DNA of 64,000 nucleotides from Bacilli bacterium (GTDB lineage Bacteria; Bacillota_I; Bacilli_A; RF39; UBA660): NCBI GenBank assembly GCA_017442305.1, contig JAFRZY010000006.1, positions 41,538 to 105,537 of the forward strand, read 5' to 3'. Shown piece by piece: positions 38,538 to 46,782 of this stretch (position 1 is its first letter; each line of letters starts with the position of its first letter). The notes under the pieces were generated by a model. It saw only the letters and a program-made list of their open reading frames with translations, ran no database searches and was not told where the DNA came from. The position numbers and the translations under genes were made by a program.

Positions 38538-38564
38538 GGAAATACTAACTGTTGAGTACTTGCC
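38538..38564 (+). ncRNA. 5' leader segment complementary to the transcript 3' end (fold-back element)
   Basis: GGAAATACTAACTGTTGAGTACTTGCC pairs with GGGTAAGTACTCAACG...GTTAAGTATTTCC at 38731-38768. GAGTACT/AGTACTC palindromic units at 38561-70, 38685-94 and 38737-48 allow alternative pairings. Confidence 0.45.
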
Positions 38565-38595
38565 AACTTTCTTCTAGAAAGGAGGCTTGATTTTT

Positions 38596-38685
38596 ATGAA
38601 GAAAAAAGATTTATTAATCTCATTTCTTATGTTAATTATCATTTTATTAATAGTCTCTTTAATGATTCTATGTATAAAAAAATAG
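38596..38685 (+). CDS. 29-aa hydrophobic peptide MKKKDLLISFLMLIIILLIVSLMILCIKK (candidate type I toxin)
   Basis: Not in the ORF track (too short). Strong RBS GGAGG 10 nt upstream of ATG. Single predicted TM helix with Lys at both ends. Own promoter and terminator. Confidence 0.4.
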   Translation: MKKKDLLISFLMLIIILLIVSLMILCIKK

Positions 38686-38730
38686 TACTCAATCTATCTT
38701 CGTAGATTAAAGTACTTTAACTATTTTTTA

Positions 38731-38780
38731 GGGTAAGTACTCAACGCTCGAAAAGTTAAGTATTTCCCTTTTTTATTTTA
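38731..38780 (+). terminator. 3' fold-back arm plus T-tract terminator of the small-peptide transcript
   Basis: GGGTAAGTACTCAACGCTCGAAAAGTTAAGTATTTCCC followed by TTTTTTATTTT. Confidence 0.45.
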
Positions 38781-38805
38781 TGCAAGTTTTCTTGCTTACA
38801 TACTA

Positions 38806-38834
38806 ATGTTATCACATTTCTTATAAATTGTCAA
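38806..38834 (-). promoter_or_regulatory. convergent minus-strand promoter (TTGACA-17-TAACAT), candidate antisense/antitoxin RNA promoter
   Basis: Perfect -35 TTGACA (plus 38829-38834) directly after the stop of the upstream minus-strand gene. Transcription would run antisense into the peptide transcript's 3' region. Confidence 0.35.
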
Positions 38835-38836
38835 AA

Positions 38837-39544
38837 TTACTCTATTCCTATTTCTTTCAACTTTTCCAAAACATAATAAATACATTCTTCTAAAATAATA
38901 TCTAATTTTTCTTTTGTAAACATTTTATAGTTATGTTTAATTATTTTTTCTTTAAAAGATAATTTATTAAAATCTATAAAATTTGTTTCTAAGTAATTTA
39001 ATCGTTGCATAACTAAATCTTTAGTATAAAATTTATTTTTTAAATATTTTACATTTTTAAATATTTCTTTATTGTTTTCTATTATTGGTAAATTGATATT
39101 CTTGAATAAATATCTACCATATAATTCAAAATCGCCATGTTTATATTTCTTTAGAATTTTATCTGTAGAATTAATTTTCTTTATACTTCCGTTTTTTAAT
39201 TTTACTCCCACTATATTATGATTTCTATCTTGAATCCAATAATTTGAACATACTAAATTATTATAGTAATTATCTACTAACAAATGACAATAGTATCCAA
39301 GTATTAAAGGATTTTTAATATCCTCTTTGTAATCGTCTAAAAATTTCTTTGTATCTATCATTAAGGCTTTGGGACATTTAGGAAATGGTAATTTCTCATT
39401 ATAATAATGCGTATTAAACCGATTAATTTTACAAATTTCATCAACATCAGGTAATAGATTACCAAAATAAAATGAATTTTTTTCTAATTTTAATTTATTA
39501 TTTAACTCTTTCGCAATAGTTAAATGAATACTCCAGCTAGCCAT
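38837..39544 (-). CDS. metal-dependent hydrolase, zinc-dependent phospholipase C-like fold (tentative)
   Basis: N-terminus MASWSIHLTIA resembles the W-x-x-H start of Zn-dependent PLC-like proteins, plus HLLVDNY. Weak. Confidence 0.3.
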   Translation of the reverse strand: MASWSIHLTIAKELNNKLKLEKNSFYFGNLLPDVDEICKINRFNTHYYNEKLPFPKCPKALMIDTKKFLDDYKEDIKNPLILGYYCHLLVDNYYNNLVCSNYWIQDRNHNIVGVKLKNGSIKKINSTDKILKKYKHGDFELYGRYLFKNINLPIIENNKEIFKNVKYLKNKFYTKDLVMQRLNYLETNFIDFNKLSFKEKIIKHNYKMFTKEKLDIILEECIYYVLEKLKEIGIE

Positions 39545-39983
39545 TTATATTTTCACCTTTAAATTCTTCTTGCATCATTTTAAAGATTTCTTTTCGTTCA
39601 CTTTCATTAAAAATATCTTTTTGTTTTTTAAATCTATTTAAATCCCATTTCCAAAAGTTATATCCAAAATGTCTGTCTTTATATACTTTTCCAAATAACT
39701 TTAATTTTTCTTTGTATCTTGGAACAAAATGATAATGTACATGTGGAGTTTCATTGTCGCGATAAGCATTGTTCATTAAACAACAAAAGTTGAACATAGT
39801 AGCATTAAATAATTTTTCACAAACTCTTTCGAGTTCTTTTTCAATTAAACCAAGTTCTATCCAAGCATCTGGTTCTAAATCACTTAAAGACTGTTTATTG
39901 TTACTTACGATACAATAACCGGGATGGTCTTGACTCCAAACACCATATATTACATCCCAATATTTACCTTTATATAATTCCAT
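39537..39983 (-). CDS. HIT-family nucleotide hydrolase
   Basis: Histidine triad HVHYHFVP. Overlaps the downstream gene by 8 nt. Confidence 0.7.
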   Translation of the reverse strand: MELYKGKYWDVIYGVWSQDHPGYCIVSNNKQSLSDLEPDAWIELGLIEKELERVCEKLFNATMFNFCCLMNNAYRDNETPHVHYHFVPRYKEKLKLFGKVYKDRHFGYNFWKWDLNRFKKQKDIFNESERKEIFKMMQEEFKGENING

Positions 39984-39990
39984 ACAAACT

Positions 39991-40602
39991 CTACTTTCTA
40001 ATATTTTCTATAGATGATAACTCATTGTTTTCAAAAACTAATTTAAATACTTCAGGAGCATTCCAAACAAAATTATTATCAATTACCACATTGTCTTTGT
40101 AGTAAATAATGTTATCTTTATATTCTCCTAATTTCATAAATAAAAATGTTATTGCTGTACCATGCGAAACTATAGCTATTTTTTTACCTAAATTATTGTT
40201 TAAAGTTTCGTATAATGCTTCATACATGCGATTAGCAACTTCTATCTGCGATTCACCATTTCCTATTTTAAAATTTGGTTCTTCCTTTTGTCTTTGTTCA
40301 AAATTTTCTGGCAAATCACTCCACTTTAGTATGCCGTGTTTTCTTTCACCAAAATTTTCATTAATATGAATTGGTGTATCATTATCATAAGCAATATATT
40401 TCGCTGTAGATATAGCTCTTACATAATTGCTAGAGATTATTAAATCAATATCTTTAAATTCGGGCCATTTACTTAAAGATTCCGCTCTTTTTTCACCTTC
40501 AACTGATAAAGCATTTTTAACACCATAAGTCGGCAGATTATCACTAATTATTTCATCTTTTAAAGGTTTAGAATGTCTAATTAAATATATTATTGTTTCC
40601 AT
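39991..40602 (-). CDS. histidine phosphatase family protein (phosphoglycerate-mutase-like)
   Basis: RHG-type catalytic motif LIRHSK and C-terminal SHGTAI. Confidence 0.75.
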   Translation of the reverse strand: METIIYLIRHSKPLKDEIISDNLPTYGVKNALSVEGEKRAESLSKWPEFKDIDLIISSNYVRAISTAKYIAYDNDTPIHINENFGERKHGILKWSDLPENFEQRQKEEPNFKIGNGESQIEVANRMYEALYETLNNNLGKKIAIVSHGTAITFLFMKLGEYKDNIIYYKDNVVIDNNFVWNAPEVFKLVFENNELSSIENIRK

Positions 40603-40606
40603 ATTA

Positions 40607-41236
40607 TTACTTTCTTTCTATATTTAAAATGTCTTCTTTAGTATATAAATTATATACACCATATTCTGAAACTAAATATCCTATAATAAAATTAGGCCTA
40701 ATATAATAACTGCCATTTTTTATTTCATATATATTATCTTCAAAACCCGGTAGTACATTTCCTTCTTGATCTACATATTCAGATGGAAATGCAAATAAGA
40801 TAGAACCATTTGAACCTTTATAACTCCCCTTTAACATAGGAATAGTATGAAACATATTATTTACAAATGAAATTGTCTTAGTTAAATCAGGAATATCATG
40901 TGTAGCTCCTTGTGAAATTTGAGCATCATTTCTTAATCCTGAAGACATTATACTTTTTAAAGTATCATCATTTTTATCAATTACTAAACTACTACGGTGA
41001 ATACCTATGCGAACACTAGGCTCTTTCAACAAATTTTCAATGTAACTCCCAATTTCTAAAGGAATAGCACTTCCCAAATTATCCCAACTAGCACATAAAT
41101 TATAAAAATATTCTAATTTTTCTGAATCATTACCACACTTATTTATTACATCTTGCATATCTTTAGAATTGATTAAATAATAACAATTGCTATTTATACC
41201 TTGCTTTTGTAAGTTTTCTATTTTTTGTTTTATCAT
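40607..41236 (-). CDS. hypothetical protein (209 aa)
   Basis: ORF tightly packed in the operon (4-8 nt gaps). No family recognised. Confidence 0.45.
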   Translation of the reverse strand: MIKQKIENLQKQGINSNCYYLINSKDMQDVINKCGNDSEKLEYFYNLCASWDNLGSAIPLEIGSYIENLLKEPSVRIGIHRSSLVIDKNDDTLKSIMSSGLRNDAQISQGATHDIPDLTKTISFVNNMFHTIPMLKGSYKGSNGSILFAFPSEYVDQEGNVLPGFEDNIYEIKNGSYYIRPNFIIGYLVSEYGVYNLYTKEDILNIERK

Positions 41237-41244
41237 ACTAACAC

Positions 41245-42594
41245 CTAACCTATTTTAAATAATATTATAAATGTTATTGAAATAAGTATTAAACTCATAG
41301 ATATTAACATTAATATTAAATTAATTTTTCCAGCATCGTTTAAATCTGTTGTTGGTTTCTTTTTAACTAATTTTGGCTCCTCTTCAACTTTTTGTTGTTG
41401 ATCATCGGCAATTTGTCTGCTTTGTTCTTTTTCCGCTACCATTTTTATGTTAGGCACAAATTTACTCATAAACCATTGCTGTTCACTAAAATCTAGTTCA
41501 TGAGAACATAGATTAGAAACTGAACTAATTACTTCTTCTTCACTGTTAGAACATTTTTGACTAAACACTTTAATATCATCATAATAATGATTAAATAGGC
41601 AATTTAACAAGTTTGATTTAGGAATTAAATACCCATTAATTTGTTGATACCCTTCCGGAATCGAAGGTATGTGAATTGTAGAATTATCAAATAATGGAGC
41701 AAAAGAAACATCACCATATCCACTTAAAATAACTCCGTAGTTATTCTTATTTCGATCAACATTGTTAGTAACGTAATCTAACATTATCATGTTAAAATAA
41801 TCTTGTCTTATAACTCTGGCTGAATCTTCTGGTATTTTCAAAGATTTTAAAGCGCTTAAAAATGAATTTATAACTATTTGAACGTCCATTTCATTTCTAA
41901 CTACAGGTATTTTATAAGAATTTTCATTTGATTTAGCCACTACAGTATGTTTAGTTTTTCCTATTCTTTCAAGTTCTTGCGCTAAAGCAATTATATCAGG
42001 ATCATTGCGATCTATAAACCTTGTTACTTGACTGTAAGTATATAAAGTTTCATTATCATTACAAACATTTTCAGAAATAATTCCTAAATAAGAATTATCC
42101 TTATATACTTTATAGGTTTCTGCCATTTTAACATCAAACAATTTTCCAATTTGACATATCACATATTCTAATTTATCAAGAGTTGTACTTGATGTATTTG
42201 CACTATTTTTATAAAAGCCATTTTTATAGCCAAAATTAACATTAACTGGTGCATTATGACTATCTGATACTTTATTAACAACTTCTATATCAGCACTAAT
42301 AATATGAGGATACCCATTTCCGTCTATGCTTTTTAATGTTAATTCTTCATTATTATAATCTTCTATTTTAACTTTTTTTAATCTTGCTTGTTCCTGTTCT
42401 CTTATTAAGCTTGATATTTTATTTGATACAAGAATATCTATCTCCTTTTTTATTTCTTCTATAGATTTATTACAGTTAATATACTTTGATACAATTTTTT
42501 TGTAAGTATCATCACTGATCAAATGACCACGCTTTAAAAATTCATCTCTAATCCGATCAATATATTCAATTACCAATTTGTTTTTTACTTCCAT
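41245..42594 (-). CDS. membrane-anchored protein with putative HipA-like kinase C-terminal core
   Basis: YVTNNVDRNKNNYGVIL and SFAPLFDNS resemble the HipA_C catalytic (D.H.KN) and activation (APAYD) motifs. C-terminal TM KINLILMLISMSLILISITFIILF. Confidence 0.4.
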   Translation of the reverse strand: MEVKNKLVIEYIDRIRDEFLKRGHLISDDTYKKIVSKYINCNKSIEEIKKEIDILVSNKISSLIREQEQARLKKVKIEDYNNEELTLKSIDGNGYPHIISADIEVVNKVSDSHNAPVNVNFGYKNGFYKNSANTSSTTLDKLEYVICQIGKLFDVKMAETYKVYKDNSYLGIISENVCNDNETLYTYSQVTRFIDRNDPDIIALAQELERIGKTKHTVVAKSNENSYKIPVVRNEMDVQIVINSFLSALKSLKIPEDSARVIRQDYFNMIMLDYVTNNVDRNKNNYGVILSGYGDVSFAPLFDNSTIHIPSIPEGYQQINGYLIPKSNLLNCLFNHYYDDIKVFSQKCSNSEEEVISSVSNLCSHELDFSEQQWFMSKFVPNIKMVAEKEQSRQIADDQQQKVEEEPKLVKKKPTTDLNDAGKINLILMLISMSLILISITFIILFKIG

Positions 42595-42679
42595 AGTATC
42601 ACTACCCTATAATCCAAATATATTATAACACAAATAATTAGCAACATAAAAAGTTGACACAAATTCGTGTCAACTATCT

Positions 42680-43516
42680 TTACAGCATTATATATGGTTT
42701 AGCAATGTTATTTTTAATTTCATAAATTGCAATGTCTAAGCCATTATAAGTTAATATAACTAACTGATCATCCATTTCAACATTTATATAGTTACCATTC
42801 TTCACTCTAAAATACTCTTCTTCAGTTAATTCTCTAATCTCATAATTAAAAAGTTCTTTAACATTAAATTTTTTATAATTATTATTTTTAATGCTTTCTA
42901 ATTTATAACTATTTTCAATATCAAACATGCCTTGTTTTGTTCTTATAAGACTTGACATTGTACCAACAGTACCAAGCTTAGTACAAATATCCTGTATTAA
43001 ACTTCTTATATATGTGCCTTTAGATACATTAACTTTAAATGTGATTAAATCATCTTTAAATTCTAACAATTCAATCGAATTAACCGTAATAGTTCTTTTT
43101 GGAAGTTCAATTTCTTCATTATTTCGAGCATATTCATAAAGCTTTTTACCATTTATTTTAACAGCTGAGTATGCAGGCACTTCTTGAATTGATTTACCTA
43201 AGAAAGTATTTAAAGTGTTAATAACTAATTCTTTATCAACATTAAATGTTTGTTCTTCTATTACATTACCAGTAATATCTAAAGTGTCTGTTTTAACACC
43301 CAATTTGATAGTAGCAATATATTCTTTGTCAAGCGAAGTTAATAAATTAACAAGTTTAGTATATTTACCAACACAAACAACTAAAACACCTGTCGCAATT
43401 GGATCAAGTGTTCCAGTATGTCCTATTCTTTTTGTTCCTAATATTTTATTTAAATCATTTACGATATCTCGACTAGTTCGATTTATTTCTTTATTAACAA
43501 CAACAACAAAATCCAT
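42680..43516 (-). CDS. truB: tRNA pseudouridine(55) synthase
   Basis: GHTGTLDP catalytic motif; collinear with TruB. Confidence 0.9.
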   Translation of the reverse strand: MDFVVVVNKEINRTSRDIVNDLNKILGTKRIGHTGTLDPIATGVLVVCVGKYTKLVNLLTSLDKEYIATIKLGVKTDTLDITGNVIEEQTFNVDKELVINTLNTFLGKSIQEVPAYSAVKINGKKLYEYARNNEEIELPKRTITVNSIELLEFKDDLITFKVNVSKGTYIRSLIQDICTKLGTVGTMSSLIRTKQGMFDIENSYKLESIKNNNYKKFNVKELFNYEIRELTEEEYFRVKNGNYINVEMDDQLVILTYNGLDIAIYEIKNNIAKPYIML

Positions 43517-43863
43517 TATTCATCCTTACTGTGAATATTTTCAATAATCTTCTCTATGCGATTTCCATATTCAATTGATTCGTCATAAAGAAATTTTAAA
43601 GCAGGTGTATGACGAATATCAATTCTTTGAGATAACTCACTTCTAATATAAGGAGCAGCTTCAGCCATTTCACGCTCTAAATCTTCTTTTGATAAATCAC
43701 TTAAAGATGTAAAGTATACTTTAGCCACGCTTAAATCATTTGCCACATTGCAACCAGTTATCGTAATTGTTTTTAATAAATTATCTCTTGAATCGTTTGC
43801 TATTATTTCTGAAATATTACGAGATATATCTGATGCGATACGCGCTATTTTATGACTTGGCAT
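43516..43863 (-). CDS. rbfA: ribosome-binding factor A
   Basis: 115 aa KH-fold RbfA pattern (RIARIASDISRNISEIIAN...). Confidence 0.9.
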   Translation of the reverse strand: MPSHKIARIASDISRNISEIIANDSRDNLLKTITITGCNVANDLSVAKVYFTSLSDLSKEDLEREMAEAAPYIRSELSQRIDIRHTPALKFLYDESIEYGNRIEKIIENIHSKDE

Positions 43864-45974
43864 TAGCGTTTCACCTCAACCATTTCATAAACTTCGATTG
43901 AATCTCCTTCTTTAATGTCGCTATAATTTTCTAAAGTAATACCACATTCAAAACCTTTTTTTACTTCTTTAACTGTATCTTTTTCTCTTTGAACACTAGC
44001 TACTTTAGTATCAATAACTACTACTCCATCACGGATAAGACGTGCATTAGCACCATTTTTTACTAATCCATCTGTAATATAACATCCGGCAATGTTACCA
44101 ATTTTTGAGAACTTAAATATTTTTCTTATTTCAGCAGTTCCTAGAATTTTTTCTTCAAATTCCGGATCTAACATACCTTTCATTGCAAGTTCCATTTCTT
44201 CTACTGCTTTATAAATTATTGTGTATAATCTTATATCAACACCGTATTCTTTAGCTACTTCTTTTGTTATATTAGAAGGTATTACGTTAAAACCAATGAT
44301 GATAGCATCAGACGCATTTGCTAAAACTACATCACTTTCAGTAATTGTTCCAATTCCACTGCGAATTACTTTTACACGTACATCTTCTACTTCGATTTTT
44401 TCTAAAGCATTTTTTACAGCTTCTTCGCTTCCTCTCACATCCGCTTTTAGTACTACGTTTATTTCTTTTTGGCCGGCATTGATTTTCGCAAACAAATCAT
44501 CTAAAGATATTGATTCTTTTTTAAATTTATTTTCACGGAAATTTTGTAAACGTTGTTCAGCAACTTTTTTTGCTTCTACTTCTGTTTCGAATGCCATGAA
44601 TTTATCCCCAGCTGATGGGTTATCAGAAAGTCCTGTAATTTCAACTGGCGTTGCAGGTCCAGCTTCAACGATTGATTCACCCAAGTCATTTTTCATTGTA
44701 CGAATTCTTCCATGAGCAGTCCCAACAACAATTGGATCTCCCAAACGAAGAGTTCCATTTAAAATAAGAAGGGAAGCTATTCCACCAATATTTTTATCTA
44801 CTTTTGATTCGATAACAGAACCAACAGCATAACGATTTGGATTAGCTTTTAGCTCATTTACTTCACTAATAGTTTGAATTGTTTCTAATAAAAGATCTAT
44901 ACCTTCTCCAGTTTTAGCTGAAATATTAATGAAAGGATATTCTCCACCCCATGATTCTGGAGTAATATTAATTTCAGCCATTTCAGTCATAATTCTATCA
45001 ACATTTGCTTCAGGTTTATCAATTTTATTAACAGCAACAACTATCGGAACATTTGCACTTAAAGCATGTTCAACTGCTTCTTTCGTTTGCGGCATAACTC
45101 CATCATCAGCTGCTACTATGATTATAACGATATCGGTTACACTTGCACCACGAGCACGCATTTCTGTAAATGCTGCATGGCCTGGAGTATCAATAAAAGT
45201 AATTTTATCGTCTTTATATTTAATTTGGTAAGCTCCTATATGTTGAGTAATACCACCGAATTCTCCATCAACCACATGAGTGTTACGAATATAATCTAAA
45301 AGTGATGTTTTTCCGTGGTCAACATGTCCCATTATTGTTACAATCGGAGGACGTTTTACTAAATCACTTTCGTTATCAATAATTTCGTATTCTTCAAAGT
45401 TAGCAACATCTTGAGTTTCTTCTTTTTTTAGCAGTTTATTGTAATCAAGAGCTATAATTTCAGCGTTTTCAAAATCTATTCCTTGATTTAAAGTAACCAT
45501 TAACCCTAATGACATTAATTTTTTTATAATATCTGTACCACTTATTTCTAAAACACCAGCTAGTTCAGAAACTGTCATACCTTCTTTATATAGCACTATG
45601 TTTTCAGCAGTTTCATTTCCCTTTAATTTTTCTTTATGTTTGTACATTTCTTTTTTTAGATTATTAAAATCTTTATTACTTGCTTCTTTCTGACTTTTCT
45701 TTTTTAACTTTTGTTTTTTATCAGTACTTTTTATTTGTTTATCAATATTATTAGCTTCAATAATATCATCTACTACATCTTCAATAACTTCATCTTCATC
45801 ATAAGTAACTTCATCATCTGTACTAATAAGATTGATTACATTATCAAGCATTATAATATCATCATCTGTAAGTTCATCATCACCAGAAGATACTTCAATA
45901 CCTAATTCCATACATTTTTTTAGTACTTCCGCAATTGATAAGTTTACATCTTTTGCATAATCTCTAACGTTCAT
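43863..45974 (-). CDS. infB: translation initiation factor IF-2
   Basis: G-domain GHVDHGKTSLLD, DTPGH, NKID; C-terminal beta-barrels. Confidence 0.95.
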   Translation of the reverse strand: MNVRDYAKDVNLSIAEVLKKCMELGIEVSSGDDELTDDDIIMLDNVINLISTDDEVTYDEDEVIEDVVDDIIEANNIDKQIKSTDKKQKLKKKSQKEASNKDFNNLKKEMYKHKEKLKGNETAENIVLYKEGMTVSELAGVLEISGTDIIKKLMSLGLMVTLNQGIDFENAEIIALDYNKLLKKEETQDVANFEEYEIIDNESDLVKRPPIVTIMGHVDHGKTSLLDYIRNTHVVDGEFGGITQHIGAYQIKYKDDKITFIDTPGHAAFTEMRARGASVTDIVIIIVAADDGVMPQTKEAVEHALSANVPIVVAVNKIDKPEANVDRIMTEMAEINITPESWGGEYPFINISAKTGEGIDLLLETIQTISEVNELKANPNRYAVGSVIESKVDKNIGGIASLLILNGTLRLGDPIVVGTAHGRIRTMKNDLGESIVEAGPATPVEITGLSDNPSAGDKFMAFETEVEAKKVAEQRLQNFRENKFKKESISLDDLFAKINAGQKEINVVLKADVRGSEEAVKNALEKIEVEDVRVKVIRSGIGTITESDVVLANASDAIIIGFNVIPSNITKEVAKEYGVDIRLYTIIYKAVEEMELAMKGMLDPEFEEKILGTAEIRKIFKFSKIGNIAGCYITDGLVKNGANARLIRDGVVVIDTKVASVQREKDTVKEVKKGFECGITLENYSDIKEGDSIEVYEMVEVKR

Positions 45975-45989
45975 TAATATTCCTCCTTT

Positions 45990-46247
45990 TTATATCATTT
46001 CTCTTAATTCTTCATAAATAGTAGCTGGAACTTCTACTTCTAATACCTTATCTAATATTTTATTTTTAAAAGCTTTATTTATTACATCTAAATCTTTAGT
46101 TAAATAAGCTCCTTTTCCATTTGCTTTTCCGGTAGAATCAACTATTACGTTACCTTCAGGAGTTCTAACCACACGAATCAAATTCATTTTATGTGTTTTT
46201 TCTCTTGTAACTACACATGTTCTTAACGGTTCTTTTCGCATCTTCAT
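45990..46247 (-). CDS. ylxR: YlxR/RnpM-family RNA-binding protein (DUF448)
   Basis: LRTCVVTREK...LIRVVRTPEGNVIVDSTGKANGKGAYL, as in B. subtilis YlxR. Confidence 0.8.
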   Translation of the reverse strand: MKMRKEPLRTCVVTREKTHKMNLIRVVRTPEGNVIVDSTGKANGKGAYLTKDLDVINKAFKNKILDKVLEVEVPATIYEELREMI

Positions 46248-46261
46248 AAAAAACCTCCTTT

Positions 46262-46762
46262 TTAATTTCTAATTCTCGAAAATCCTTTTTCTTTTTCTAA
46301 GTTTATCATGTATGCTAATAAGTCATTTTTTATTTCTTCTTTTAGAGCATCATTTGGAATATTAGGATCTAATGCTGCTATGGAAATTAACTTTGCATTA
46401 GCTCTATTAATCAAGTTTGTTAAATTTAATGTTTCAAAATCCAACTCGTATCCCAAATTCTTTTCTAAATACGTTAATACACTAATAATTTGGCTGGCTT
46501 TTAATTTTGCTTCATAGTCTTTAGAGCGAGAAAAGAAAAATCTCTTTCTACAGCAAGCACAAACTCCATATGTATCAGCATTTATTGGAGAATTTTCTGC
46601 GCCAAAATATAAAACATAATTATGTTGACACCTATCTTGTAACTCATCAATTTGTCTAATTACTCGATTCTTTTTTGCTTCTAATTTTTTTATTTTATAA
46701 AAGTATTGTGCTGTTTTTTCTTGAATCTCTAATACTTCTTTTATATCAACTGTCTTCTCCAT
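46262..46762 (-). CDS. Cys-rich hypothetical protein inserted between nusA and ylxR
   Basis: 166 aa. N-terminal coiled coil, then RCQHNYVLYFG...YGVCACCRK cluster (possible metal site). Occupies the position of ylxQ in other Firmicutes. Confidence 0.5.
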   Translation of the reverse strand: MEKTVDIKEVLEIQEKTAQYFYKIKKLEAKKNRVIRQIDELQDRCQHNYVLYFGAENSPINADTYGVCACCRKRFFFSRSKDYEAKLKASQIISVLTYLEKNLGYELDFETLNLTNLINRANAKLISIAALDPNIPNDALKEEIKNDLLAYMINLEKEKGFSRIRN

Positions 46763-46782
46763 TAGAGCCCCCTAAACTATTA

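Noticed and set aside
40607-41236. ADP-ribosyltransferase-like R/S-x-S/E motif reading of the 209-aa protein (IHRSS ... SSGL ... QEG)
   Set aside because: Spacing and residue identities do not match the R-STS-ExE or H-Y-E patterns well enough. It was speculative pattern matching only.
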